Shown piece by piece: positions 42,581 to 55,550 of a DNA stretch of 64,000 bases. Location: NCBI GenBank assembly GCA_964016885.1, contig OZ024740.1:201314001-201378000 (forward strand). Direction: 5' to 3'. The notes beneath the pieces are model-generated. The model saw only the letters and a program-made list of their open reading frames with translations, did no database searches and was not told the DNA's origin. Both the position numbers and the translations under genes were made by a program. Numbering within the stretch: position 1 is the first letter of the stretch; every line of letters starts with the position of its first letter. The DNA comes from Eledone cirrhosa. Taxonomy: Eukaryota.

Positions 42581-42869
42581 CAGTAATGGGCAACCTGCGG
42601 CCCGCTAAGAATTCTGAATGGCTCGCCTAAGTCACCTAAGTGAAATCCTTCTGATATTTTTACCCCAACTATTCAATCAAATTTATATTTCTGTTATTTT
42701 TAGCATCGAGGAAAACAACGTGTGCGAATTCTGAAGAAACAAATCAAAACAACCTGAGTTACCGCCCTTTATTTAATGTGGGCACGGATGTAAATTAGCG
42801 CTTGCGGCCCGCCTGATGATGAGCCATATCTCATGCGGCCCGCTTCTCGAAAAAGGTTGCCCATGCCTG
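42581..42869. mobile_element. hAT (Charlie-like) MITE
   Basis: TIRs CAGTAATGGGCAACC / GGTTGCCCATGCCTG, GCGGCCCGC subterminal motifs, exact 8-bp TSD ATCTAGAG. Confidence 0.88.
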
Positions 42870-43421
42870 ATCTAGAGAAATATCAGAAGTATGAGCAAAG
42901 CTGTTGGGAGGGCAGGTACGTATATATTTATCTATGACTATGCATCTGAACGTGTGTCTGTATCTGTTTTTTGTATTTGTGTCAGTGTTTATGTACCGTA
43001 ACTGAGCAATTTGACAAAAATGGGTTGATAAAATTAGTATCAGACTTCAAAAAGTAAATACTGGGGTCGATATATTTGATTAAGTCCTGTTAAAGCGATG
43101 CTCCAACATGGCCAAAATCTAATGACTGAAACGAATAAAAGAATAAAAAAATAACGATGTATTTGAGATTGTGGAACATAATATAATGTATCAGAATGAT
43201 TAGAGGAGAGAAATACGGGTTATGTGAGAGGTCGACAGGTCTTATGGCGTGTGAAACTAACGAATACGACCTGAGAACATACATTGACACATTAGATATA
43301 GTAGTGAAGAAGTGTGCCTTAGTTGTTAAGATGTTCACCTCAGGGTCGTAAGTTCAATTCCCGGCGGCGCGTTGTGTCCTTGAGCGAGACACATTATTTC
43401 ACGTTAAAGATCGGTTGCTTT

Positions 43422-43878
43422 TGTGGTAAAATGAAGTATCCTATTGGATTGTTTATCGATATAGACGTGAAGGAAGGTCCCTCGTCTATTTACCATTTTT
43501 TGTAAGTGAGAATTATAACAAGTGAGTGGGTGTGTGCGTAAACAAGACAATAACAACAACGAGAGTTATATTCAACAAATGTAAATAATGGTGATGTTTA
43601 TTTTATATATATGTGTTTATTATATTACAAATGAAACATACCAAATATATACGTGATCCAGATGTGGTGAAGGGAAGTATTACAATTACAAAGGTATTGT
43701 GGTGTTTGCTGTTCCCGAGAGCTGTTTATCGTTTCGTGGTACAGAGGCTGTTTTCTGTGGCGTGTATACCGTCTGCTTTCCCGTCGCTGTCTGTTTGCTT
43801 ACCTCGGTGTTCTCCACCAGGGGGAGACAACTAGGCCTGGTCCATTATCCGCCAGGGGGCGTGAGGCGTCTTACTACA
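43422..43878 (-). repeat. 3' LTR
   Basis: TGTGGTAAAA...TTACTACA; differs from 48395-48851 by roughly a dozen substitutions (counted by eye). Confidence 0.95.
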
Positions 43879-44096
43879 GTATCCCCTGCCAGATTTTCAA
43901 ATCATCGAAAATCGATGTTATTCCTTACACGTGGAGTAAGATGGCGAACAATGCAACAAGGGGGAGCTATTTGCTCTACCAATCATTAAATCCAGAATAA
44001 GGATTTGAAAAATGTTAAAAAACACAACATGCATGAAAAACAAGGCAAAGAAAAAGCAGAAACACAGAGGCAAAAAAAAGGTGCAGCTAACATAGT

Positions 44097-46965
44097 CTAA
44101 ATATAGACGGTGCTGGAAAATATTTTGGGCCAGTGGACCCTACGACCTGAACAGGTCGTGGTCTTGTAACGTGGCGATGGTGGTGGTGTAGGGACAGGCG
44201 ATGATGGTGGTTCAGGAACAGGTGTTCGCTCAACAGGCAAATACGAAGGGGTTCGTGGATCAGGAACCACAGCGTCCGTGTCAAGGTGTGCCTGCTTAAG
44301 CCTGTCTATTGTAACTGTCTCCCTGGACCCTTTAATAACTAAAGTGAAATGCTTAGCCGAGCGCACTAAGACACGGTAAGGTCCAGTGTAAGGCTGTGTG
44401 AGCGGGAGCTTCACAGAATCTTTCCTTACAAAGACATGCGTCCACGAGGCAACATCCCTCGGGACAGCAGTCTTGACAGTTTGTTTCCTAGTGTCCATTG
44501 GCGGCAAATCCTGGAAATAGGAGCGCAGACGGGACACGTAGGAAGCGTGATCTTGTGCATCAAGATCGATAGGGGCAAGCATTTGCCCGCGAATCGTCAG
44601 AGGGGCACCGTACAGTACTTCGGCCGGTGAAAATCCAAAGTCGACCTTCACCATTGACTGAATCCCTAGTAGCACAATAGGGAGGTACTCGCTCCAATGC
44701 GCCGAGTCCATTGAGGCCATTAAGGAGGCCTTCAGTTGTCGGTGAAAACGCTCCACCATACCATTCGAAGCGGGAGTTCCATCCACAGTCGGTAGTTACT
44801 GTGGATGGAACTCCATAACGAGAGATCCATCCAGACACAAGAGCACGCGCTGTTGTATCGGCGGTGATGTTTTTCAAGGGGATGGCTTCAGGTCATCTTG
44901 AAAAACGGTCAATTATGGTCAGCAGATAAGAATAACCATCGCTGACAGGCCAAGGTCCCACTATATCAATATGAATGTGCGAAAATCGCGCATCTGGGTT
45001 AGTAAAGGTACCCAGGGGAGCCTTGACGTGTCGATGGACCTTTGATTTCTGGCAAGCGACGCAGGAACGGCACCAAGCAGCAATTTCACGCCTCATATTT
45101 GGCCAGAAAAATCTAGCTGATATGAGCTTTGCTGTGGAAGAAGATCCTGGATGCGAGAAACTATGTAATGCCAGAAACACGGTCCGACGATGATTGTCTG
45201 GAACGAAGGGCCTAGGCACGTCCAAAGAGACGTCGCAGAGAATTTAGCCAACTGCAGACTACAGAGGCAAGTATTTGATCTCGCAATTCGCAAACTCGGG
45301 CGATGTAACATCCAATGACTCAAGGGGAGGCTGATCCGCAGCCAAACGAGTCAGAACTATGTCAGAGGGTGACGAGATCGCTGTCACGGGTAAGCGGGAC
45401 AAAGCATCGACCGCTGTATTTAGTGAACCCGGAATGTGTTGGATATCATTCGTATATTGCGAGATGAAATCAAGGTGTCTCGTCTCTCTGGGCGAGTATT
45501 TATCAGCCTTCGCTCTCAACGCAAAAGTCAATGGTTTATGGACGGTGAGGATAGTAAATAGTCTACCCTCTAGCATATATGAAAAATGTTTCACGGCTAA
45601 ATAGATGGCAAAAAGCTCCCTTCCAAAGGTGCTGTAGCGCGTCTCAGCAGGTTTCATCTTTCTGGAAAAGAACTCCAGCGGTTGCTGGTAACCATTGGTG
45701 TTTTGCTGTAGCACTGCTCCCACAGCGATATCCGATGCATCAACACAAAGCGTTAGCTTTGCACCGGGTACCGGGTGAGCCAGTAACGAAGCATTAGCCA
45801 AAGCAGTTTTGGCGTGCTGAAAATCAGCAAGTTGAGTGTCTGTCAAAGAAATGTCTTTGTTCTTCTTCCGACAATTTTTTTAAATCTCCGTCAGGGAGAA
45901 AAGCAATCTTGCACAATTTGGCACGAAACGCCTATAAAAGTTAATCAGGCCTAAGAACTGGCGTAACTGACGTAGTGAGGTCGGTGGAGGCAAATCCTCT
46001 ATGACCTTAACTCGCTCAGGCCGGGATCGAATACCGTCAGCGTCGATGACGTGACCCAAGAAAGTCAGTGTCTCAGCACCAAAAACACATTTGAGTGCAT
46101 TAATCTGCACGTTATACGCCTTCAATCGGCGGAAAAGAAGATTCAAATGGTGCGTATGTTGCTCTTGAGAAGAACTAGCAATGAGCAGGTCGTCAATATA
46201 GGTATAGACGAAATCGAGGCCACGAGTAACCTCATCCATAAACCGCTGAAACGTACTAGCGGCATTCCTTAATCCGAACGGCATGGTCAAAAACTCAAAT
46301 GACCCAAATGGCGTAACTATAGCCGTTTTTGGAATGTCATTTTTATGGAGAGGAATTTGATGGTCCGCACGAATTAAATCCAGTTTGGAGAATATCTTGC
46401 ATCCCTGCAACGAAGACGCAAAGTCTTGCAGATGAGGAATAGGATAACGGTCCGGTTCCGTTATCGAATTTAAGCGTCGATAATCTCCCGTAGGTCTCCA
46501 ATCGCCAGTCGCTTTCGGTACCATGTGTAATGGGGACGCCCACGGGCTCGTGGACGGACGAATAATCCCCAACTGCAGCATATGATCAAACTCTGATCGT
46601 GCTGCTTTGAGTTTGTCCGGAGGCAAGCGACGAGCACGAGAAAAAACGGGAGCACCAGTTGTAGTTATGAAGTGCTCCGTGGTATGAGTTGGCTCATCAA
46701 CTCGAAAATTTCCCTGAGTCAGTTGCGGGAACAAGTTCAACAACGCATGGTAAGTATCACCGGTGTTAGCAAGAAAAAAGGTCGGGCTAACCGTTGGAAC
46801 TCCTGCTGCCTTGCCAACAACAGTTAAACCAGTGATGCCATCAATTAGGCGCTTACGACGTAGGTCCACCGTCAATGAAAAATGGTGGAGAAAATCCGCG
46901 CCTAGAATCGGATACGGCAAGGCAGCGACAGTAAAAATCCATTTAAATTCACGCCGCAGATTACG
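44097..46965 (-). pseudogene. pol: Gypsy pol (partial protease, RT, RNase H, integrase), disrupted
   Basis: ILGADFL; [24 protein letters not shown]; RNase H VDASDIAVGAVL; INT HHCC (H..SH...C..C), [18 protein letters not shown]. Split by stops and frameshifts near 45860, 45260, 44895 and 44785. Confidence 0.92.
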
Positions 46966-47745
46966 GAACTGCAGAGGTAGCGAGATTTGTTCCCTTGTAA
47001 GCACAAGGAGGCCTACAATGGGCGGCTTTGTCACCATATTTGTCATGGTAATAACAATATGGTGGTTTTGATGTTTTGGAAGGGCTACGGTGGCGAGGAG
47101 TTGAATAAGATTGTGAACGGCTCCTCTGCCGTCCAAAAGACCTGAATTCCTGGCACAACTCCGCCATTTGACGAGTCATGGCTTCTATTGGTTTGACTAA
47201 TTTCTCATCAATCGCTGATGAGCGTGATTGAGGAAGAGAAGAGGAAGCAACGTACTTTTGCTTCGAAGTGTCTCTCTTCGTCACTTCTACTATTTTGTCA
47301 GCAGAGACAGCAATGTGGTCGAGGGTATTTACTTCTAGCATATGGGCTAGGATCGCCTGTACCTCTTGAGGTAGGCGAGAGAAGAACAATTGCTTCTGGA
47401 AAGGGCTATCCTGATCTTGGGAATCGCTCAATTCCCGCAAATGCCGGAGAAAAGCGGTAGGGGTCCTGTCACCTAGTCGTTCGTCCTCGATCAATGACCG
47501 AAAACAACTCTCTACCGACTTACAGTGCCTTCTCAAGATCTCGCCTTTTAAAGACTCATACGTTAAGTCAGAGGGGGGTCTGTAATTAGGTCTTGGACCG
47601 AATCTGCTAAATTAGGGGGAAGTCCGCTAATCAAGACAGCGAGGCACTGGTCAGACTCGGTCTTACAGACCGTAAAATACGCCTGTAGCTGGGCGAACCA
47701 CAGCTTAGGGTTTCCGGTAAAGGCGGGCAAATGTGGCGTATTCAT
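46961..47745 (-). pseudogene. gag: Gypsy gag, frameshifted
   Basis: [43 protein letters not shown] (CHCC). Split over ORFs 47563-47790 and 46961-47536. Confidence 0.88.
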
Positions 47746-48380
47746 TGTGAAACGTTTAAAATAAAAAATATATATATATATAAACAGCAATTAATGTTCC
47801 CTCGTACAGGGAAAAGCAAACACCCAAAATGGAAAAAAAAATGAAAGGTCAAAAAGAAACAGACATTCAAAACATTAGGAAATAGGAAAAATACATAAAA
47901 TACTTATATATATATATTTTTTTTTTTAATTTTCCTTCAACGTCTGTCCCCTTGTGCTGCTTCAACGAGCAAGTAAATCAAATAACCCGTGAAAAAGAGA
48001 AAAAAATGTTTGTTTTAGAATATATCCACGTTGGATATCAACAATAGGTAGCCTGTGGCTAAAAATCCCTTAGAAAAAAAGTAAGGCATGTATATCACCT
48101 GCGGGGCAGTAATGTTCACAAAAAAGTTTTTTTCCCTTGATCAAATATGGAACACACGCAATTCAAAATGTCCCTGTCCTGGCGGAAAATTACAAAACGG
48201 GGAAGGAAAGCAACGCCATCTTTGAAAAAATTTTTGGCTGGTTTGTATACCTTGTCAATACGGTATAAACACTTTATTATTTCTCTGTCTTTTTTTTGTA
48301 TTTTCGTAAGTTGCGAAAAGGTTGGCAACGTGGTAATAACAGTGAAGTTCAACTGAATAAAAAGGCTGCGTAAAATTCTT

Positions 48381-48393
48381 ACGTCGGTCACCA
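48381..48393 (-). other. Primer binding site, tRNA-Trp-like
   Basis: TGGTGACCGACGT lies 1 nt inside the 5' LTR; the canonical Trp PBS is TGGTGACCCCGACGT, so 2 nt are missing. Confidence 0.7.
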
Positions 48394-48394
48394 G

Positions 48395-48851
48395 TGTGGT
48401 AAAATGAAGTATCCTATTGGATTGTTTATCGGTATAGACGTGAGGGAAAGTGCCTCGTCTATTTACCATTTTTTGTAAGTGAGAATTATAACAAGTGAGT
48501 GGGTGTGTGCGTAAACAAGACAATAACCACAACGAGAGTTATATTCAACAAATATAAATAATGGTGATGTTTATTTTGTTTATATGTGTTTATTATATTA
48601 CAAATGAAACATACCAAATATATACGTGATCCAGAAGTGGTGAAGGGAAGTATTACAATTACAAAGGTATTGTGGTGTTTGCTGTTCCCGAGGGCTGTTT
48701 ATCGTTTCGTGGTACAGAGGCTGTTTTCTGTGGCGTGTATACCGTCTGCTTTCCCGTGGCTGTCTGTCTGTTTACCTCGGTGTTCTCCACCAGGGGGAGA
48801 CAACTAGGCCTGGTCCATTATCCGCCAGGGGGCGTGAGGCGTCTTACTACA
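48395..48851 (-). repeat. 5' LTR
   Basis: Direct repeat of 43422-43878, followed by TSD CTTT. Confidence 0.95.
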
Positions 48852-48982
48852 CTTTCCTTCCTATTTATGCGATATTAATTCTAATGTGTGAGATAAAGCC
48901 GTGCTAAAGGGAACTTGTGTGCAATATATGATGTGATGTATGAGATAAAGCTGTTGTAATACGATCTTGTATGTAATATATT

Positions 48983-49290
48983 GTTTCTACTTTTGGCACA
49001 AGGCCAGCAATTACTCAGTACATTACTGGTACTTTATTTTATCGACCCTGTATGGATGAAAGGCAAAGTTAACCTCGGCGGGATTATGACATGAAGAGCG
49101 TGGCGGAAAACAAGCTTTTACAGCATAGAGTTACGGCCCTTTACATTCTGAGTTCAAATCCCGCCGAGGTTAGCTTTGCCTTTCATCCTTACGGGGTCGA
49201 TAAAATAAAGTACCAGTAATTCACTGGGGTCGATCTAATCGACTGTCCCCTCCCCGAAAATTGTTGGTCTTCTGCCTAAATTAAAAACCA
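48983..49290. mobile_element. Head-to-head pair of Deu/Nin-type SINE segments
   Basis: Minus-strand 3' part at 48983-49085 and plus-strand copy at ~49095-49290 share GCCTTTCATCC...GGGTCGATAAAATAAAGTACCAGT. Confidence 0.8.
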
Positions 49291-49840
49291 ATATATGACA
49301 TGACGTATGAGATAATACTATGGTCATGTGATCATGTATGTAATATATGACATGACGTATGAGATAAAACTATGGTCATGTGATCATGTATGTAATATAT
49401 GACATGACATATGAGATAAAACTATGGTCATGTGATCATGTATGTAATATATGACATGACATATGAGATAAAACTATGGTCATGTGATCATGTATGTAAT
49501 ATATGACATGACATATGAGATAAAACTATGGTCATGTGATCATGTATGTTATATATGACATGACATATGAGATAAAACTATGGTCATGTGATCATGTATG
49601 TAATATATAACATGACATATGAGATAAAACTATGGTCATGTGATCATGTATGTTATATATGACATGACATATGAGATAAAACTATGGTCATGTGATCATG
49701 TATGTAATATATGACATGACATATGAGATAAAACTATGGTCATGTGATCATGTATGTAATATATGACATGACATATGAGATAAAACTATGGTCATGTGAT
49801 CATGTATGTAATATATAACATGACGTATGAGATAAAACAA
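49291..49840. repeat. 52-bp minisatellite, ~10.5 copies
   Basis: ATATATGACATGACATATGAGATAAAACTATGGTCATGTGATCATGTATGTA, period 52. Diverged units occur at 48885-48980. Confidence 0.95.
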
Positions 49841-50956
49841 TAGTAAGATGGTGTCAGGTGATATATCTCTGAACTTGTGACATAACACTTTAGTATATTA
49901 CCTCAAATAAAATATCTACGACAACCATAGTACTGTGGTAGATGATCTCTCAAAGATAGTATATACTATATTGAGAGGTGACATTGCACAGCACTAGACG
50001 GTTTACAATAAATACGTTATCATCACAGACATCGTCTTCGTTGTTGTCGTCATTGTCATCATCATCATCACCATCTTCTGTCGGTTTCAACGATGAACAA
50101 CTAAAAAGCCAACTCATTAATTTAACGTATATAATGAGTGAGTATTCCACAGACACGTGTAAGCTTAACGTAATTCCCAAACTGAATCAGCATCCGCCAA
50201 TACTTGACAAGGCTGAACCTTTGAATTACAGGTGTAATCCATCCGATGGCCTTCCGTATTTCTTTTTGTCTGGCTATGGTCAACATATTTGCCCTAGTGC
50301 GCTTCACAGTGAGATTTAACCCAGAAAGCTCATGATTGCGGAGAGACGTTTTTAGCACTGAGCCATGACTTAATCTATGCCACATATATATACATTTTTA
50401 TTGAAATATATGAGAGGAACATACAAAATCTGGTTGTGTCATCTCAGTTCTGCAAGCTTGGTCATGTGTCATACATGATAATAAAGTAACAGACAAATTA
50501 AAGATTCCTTTTGTACAACTAATTCCATTCTAGAAGTTTCAAATAGACGAAGAATTCTTCTCAAATATTACAAATAAAGCGAAGATAACTATAAAAATTT
50601 TAAAGCTGTTCTATAATGACCCGATGATTATGTCGTTAGTCATGCGAAAATGGAGGCATACATGCATGCAAAACTATAGAATTGGAAGATAAACGGAAAG
50701 AACCTGCTAGTTTTATGTGCACAAGAAACAAAATTAATAGTGAAAAGAGCTTCATAAAATAATAATCATTGTTACAAATAGCGAAGCTAACATTTCTGGA
50801 AACTCATAAATTTGATTAAGCGCATGCGTAATCAAGATTGCCGATGAACGAAATATACGAGGTGAATATGAAGTGTTCAGGAGCGACTAGACAACTAAAG
50901 AATAATGGAAAATTACCGTTATTAGCCTGTGAAATATGTGTGTATTTAAATGTACG

Positions 50957-50996
<40 letters not shown>

Positions 50997-51000
<4 letters not shown>

Positions 51001-51535
51001 TATGTATGTATGTATACGTACATACATATATGTATACAGACGTACAGTAGTATGTATATATATACATACATGCACACATATATATATACACGTATCGGTT
51101 TACCGAACATTTATTATAATGCTCGGTTTGTTTGTTTGTAAACAAACAAACAGCCCGAATTACGCCGTACAGTGTTTAGGCAACCACGTCACCTTTTTGT
51201 TCAACACTGACACAGGAACGATGTACTAGTTTCAAGCTTATTAGCTATCGTCAGCATCGTATACCTTCCTGCCAGATGGTTGAACGTCTGAAAGTATATA
51301 CTTTCCTTATGCATATTAACGGATGAGCAGCCTAATTTGCATATCGAGTGAGTTCAGTCGGCTGGACGCACCGAAAATGATAAATGGAATAGAATGAAAC
51401 GAAATTTCATTTCTCACTCTTAGTACAGCACTTACTTAAATGTAAGTATGTATGTATGTATACGTACATACATATATGTATACAGACGTACAGTAGCATG
51501 TATATATATATATATACATACATGCACACATACAT
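50997..51535 (-). mobile_element. Hammerhead-bearing retrozyme-like element, 446-nt monomer with ~85-bp terminal redundancy
   Basis: 51001-51080 is repeated from 51447 (period 446). Begins at (TA)n. Internal hammerhead. Confidence 0.75.
51218..51260 (-). ncRNA. Minimal type I hammerhead ribozyme
   Basis: Minus strand: ACGATG-CTGACGA-tAGCT aata AGCTt-GAAAC-TA-GTA-CATCGT. Palindromic stem III ACTAGT. Confidence 0.88.
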
Positions 51536-51559
51536 AAGGGCCAATGAGCTTTTAAGATA

Positions 51560-51628
51560 GTGTAGTGTTCAGTCGGTAGGAACGTGAAAGTCGTTGACTG
51601 TCACGTTCCTACCGACTGAACACTACAC
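51560..51628. repeat. Near-perfect ~33-bp-arm hairpin
   Basis: GTGTAGTGTTCAGTCGGTAGGAACGTGA(a)AGTC-gtt-GACT(g)TCACGTTCCTACCGACTGAACACTACAC. Confidence 0.9.
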
Positions 51629-52667
51629 CAGGTTTTGATCCGTGATCATCTAACCATGGAGGACTCACTGTTATGGATTGAACAATAATACTTACACACC
51701 ATTAATGGGCCTACACACATCCTTTGGATTTTACTGTCCTGAGTTTTCTTACTTCACCTTCTGTGTTGGATAACACACCTCCACCACTCAAACAATTATC
51801 TTAAAAGCTCATTGGCTTTTATGACGGGAAATTGCACTTGCGGACGCATTTACCCAATACCCAACCCTACACGGAGCCCCTTGCTGGCCTACATTGCGGC
51901 TGCTTGCACGCACGGATTTGGTGAATCGGATTCTCAACGGGACAGCAGTACACAAGGAGTTCGACATGAGCTGATTGCTTGCTCTTCACATGGATGTGTA
52001 TATACCCGGACATACCCTTTTTGGGGACGATTCGTATGTGTATATACCAGAACATACACTTGAAGATATGGATGTTACAATTCGATCTATACACGTATAG
52101 CAGAACACTGAACTGAACTTACTTACGCACGCGTGCGTGTGTGTGTGTGTGTGTGTGTGTGTATGAGTGGGGCGTTGGTTAACCCAATATTTCCAATTTA
52201 CATCGTCAAATTGAGATTTGACCGACATAGCTGCTGTTGCTTTGTGAACTAACTTTCGGTGAGTGCTGTGTTGGTACATTCTTATATTTGTTTTATTATA
52301 TTTTTTTTTCTCGGACATCGCTTCGGTGTGTGTGAAAGTGTGTGTGTACCCACCCACGCTAATTCTACGGGTTTAATACTGTGTTGATGTGTATATATAT
52401 ATGTATATATTTTTCTTTGACCTCGAGCCGGTGTATGTTGTGTGGAGTGTGTGTGTACCCACTCACATTAACTGTGACTGACTGTATCCCTACAGATTGA
52501 TGTCCAGCGATAGACGATAGAAATCTGAAAACTTTTATGACCTCAACTGAAGATAATAGCAGTCGCCGTGTTTCTGACTGGTGTGTCTTCATATGAGGGA
52601 ATGAATTCTGTGAGAGAACATCGTTATTTTTTCACCCTCATATCAAGAATTTGAAGACAATTCATTT

Positions 52668-52741
52668 TCACCTGATGAAATCAGTGATAATCGATCATGG
52701 CTTCACAATCGATTTATCTCTTATTGAAACATGTGTCGTGA
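52668..52741 (+). ncRNA. Type I hammerhead ribozyme
   Basis: TCAC-CTGATGA-AAT..GATAA TCGAT...ATCGA TTTATC..ATT-GAAAC-ATGT-GTC-GTGA, about 40 nt upstream of a (TA)n run. Confidence 0.72.
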
Positions 52742-52778
52742 TTAAATGATTGGAATTTTACCTTGCTTTCGGATTTTC

Positions 52779-52919
<141 letters not shown>

Positions 52920-53208
52920 CAAATAACGAAACGAAATTAAATTTCGCTTCGTTTGTAACTCACTTTTGTATGACTGACGCTTAAACAATTAAGTTTAAAA
53001 AATTACATCTACATATGCATACTGAAATACTAGTGTGTATATGAATACACACACGTATACATATGTATATGTAACAAGTCTTTCACTGGTTGCTTTACTG
53101 TGAGCACCCAGCTATTCTGTATGTAAACACACAGACAAACCGGTTTTTAGAGTCATACTGGTTTTTGAGGGAACACCTTCCCTCTATTCTCCAGAAAGCC
53201 AGACAAGG

Positions 53209-53253
53209 AATATTGAACTAGTTTCGTTGTTGTTACAACTCATCAGCAATATT
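53209..53253 (-). ncRNA. Minimal type I hammerhead ribozyme
   Basis: Minus strand: AATATTG-CTGATGA-GTTG taacaa CAAC-GAAAC-TA-GTT-CAATATT. Confidence 0.88.
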
Positions 53254-53782
53254 TACCTATCTACCGGCCCTTCTGGAGAATTGTAAAAGCACATATCGTT
53301 ATATGCTTTTTCTATGAAAATTAGTAGTGGGCAGACTAATTTGCATAGAGTGTGAGTACGCACCGGTTCAGCGGAGACGATAAAAACAAATAACGAAACG
53401 AAATTAAATTTCGCTTCGTTTGTAACTCACTTTTGTATGACTGACGCTTAAACAATTAAGTTTAAAAAATTACATCTACATATGCATACTGAAATACTAG
53501 TGTGTATATGAATACACACACGTATACATATGTATATGTAACAAGTCTTTCACTGGTTGCTTTACTGTGAGCACCCAGCTATTCTGTATGTAAACACACA
53601 GACAAACCGGTTACAAACGAAGCGAAATTTAATTTCGTTTCGTTATTTGTTTTTATCGTCTCCGCTGAACCGGTGCGTACTCACACTCTATGCAAATTAG
53701 TCTGCCCACTACTAATTTTCATAGAAAAAGCATATAACGATATGTGCTTTTACAATTCTCCAGAAGGGCCGGTAGATAGGTA

Positions 53783-53827
53783 AATATTGCTGATGAGTTG
53801 TAACAACAACGAAACTAGTTCAATATT
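53783..53827 (+). ncRNA. Minimal type I hammerhead ribozyme (inverted copy)
   Basis: AATATTGCTGATGAGTTGTAACAACAACGAAACTAGTTCAATATT. Confidence 0.88.
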
Positions 53828-54073
53828 CCTTGTCTGGCTTTCTGGAGAATAGAGGGAAGGTGTTCCCTCAAAAACCAGTATGACTCTAAAAACCGGTTTG
53901 TCTGTGTGTTTACATACAGAGTAGCTGGGTGCTCACAGTAAAGCAACCAGTGAAAGACTTGTTACATATACATATGTATACGTGTGTGTATTCATATACA
54001 CACTAGTATTTCAGTATGCATATGTAGATGTAATTTTTTAAACTTAATTATATATATATATATATACACATAT

Positions 54074-54790
54074 TAATATATGTAGAAATAAACACAGTAA
54101 ATTCTGCGTCTAAAATTACGAGGGTAGATTTTACCACAAGTGTTTTATATATTTAAACTGAAGCATACAGTAAGATACAAGATTTCCTATACATACCGTA
54201 TCAATAACGATTTCATCTCTCGGGTGCAGGGTATCAATATGAGTTAATAACTCTATATTTTATTTGTATTTCGGCTCTCTATCTGGTGAGCTTATAATAT
54301 GAGTGTAATTAGGCTATTATTTCTAGCATAACCACTCACACCACCTATAACTTTCAACCCACGAGGTACATTATTTACTTCCGTGAATTTCTTGTTAGAT
54401 GTGTTTTGTTTCATTTAATCTGATCTCTCGCTGATGAAATGCCTAAGGATTATCTGTTACAAACACAATTTTCAGAGCGAAACAGATTAAATCTTTAGTC
54501 TGTCCGAGAGATGAAATAGTTATTGATACGGTATGTATAGGAAATCTTGTATCTTACTGTATGCTTCAGTTTAAATATTTAAAACATTTGTGGTAAAATC
54601 TACCCTCGTAATTTTAGACGTAGAATTTACTGTGTTTTTTCTACATATATTATTATTATAATTATTTCTACTTTAGGCACAAGGCCAGCAATTACCCAGT
54701 ACATTACTGGTAATGCTCAGTATTTATACTTTGAGCTTGTTAATTGCAGGGTATCAATATGAGTTATTAACTTTGTATTTTATTTGTATA
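54074..54790. mobile_element. Retrozyme-like insertion with 150-bp inverted arm and terminal redundancy
   Basis: 54074-54223 is the reverse complement of 54504-54652. 54225-54269 repeats at about 54745-54789. A SINE tail fragment lies at about 54663-54712. Confidence 0.75.
54423..54512 (+). ncRNA. Type I hammerhead ribozyme with full stem III
   Basis: ATCTCTCG-CTGATGA-(irregular stem II)-GAAACAGA-loop-TCTGTC-CGAGAGAT. 8-bp stem I, GUC triplet. Confidence 0.78.
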
Positions 54791-54884
54791 TATATATATG
54801 CATCTGCACTTATATATACATATAAACGGATACTCACATAAATCTCTTTCCATATATAGAGAGGAATGGTGATAGAAATCTTCA

Positions 54885-54899
54885 ACAACAGCAACAACA

Positions 54900-54939
<40 letters not shown>

Positions 54940-55184
54940 TTACTACTACTATTACTACAACTACTACTGCTACTACTACAACTACTACTACCACTACCAC
55001 TACTAATATCACTACCACTATTACTACTACTACCACCACTACTACTACCAATACTACTACTACCACAACTACTACTACCATTACTACTACTACCACTACC
55101 ATTACTACCACTACTACAACTACCACCACCACTACTACCCCTATTACTACAACTACTATTACTACTACTACCACCAGCAACATC

Positions 55185-55222
<38 letters not shown>

Positions 55223-55244
55223 CACTACTACTACTACTACTACG

Positions 55245-55297
<53 letters not shown>

Positions 55298-55351
55298 CAC
55301 TTACACTACTACTACTACTACCACCACCACAACCACTACTACTACTACTAG

Positions 55352-55384
<33 letters not shown>

Positions 55385-55550
55385 CAATACTACTACTACC
55401 ACTATCATTACTACCACTACTACCACCACCACCACTACTACCACTACTACTACAACAACTACTATTATTACTACTACCACCACCACCATCACCACCACTA
55501 CTACTACTACTACTAGTACTAATTGTTGCTGTTGCTGCTGCTACTGCTGT
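54885..55550. repeat. Degenerate (ACT/ACC)n microsatellite
   Basis: Directly visible. Confidence 0.95.

Larger units (their letters stand above)
43422..48851 (-). mobile_element. Full-length but decayed Ty3/Gypsy LTR retrotransposon (CsRn1-like)
   Basis: Two 457-bp TG...CA LTRs, 4-bp TSD CTTT, gag-PR-RT-RH-INT order, CHCC-type Gag motif, Trp-like PBS. Confidence 0.95.

Noticed and set aside
43613-48878. Duplicate 73-aa ORFs at 43613 and 48586
   Set aside because: They lie inside the two LTRs on the antisense strand and are not genes.
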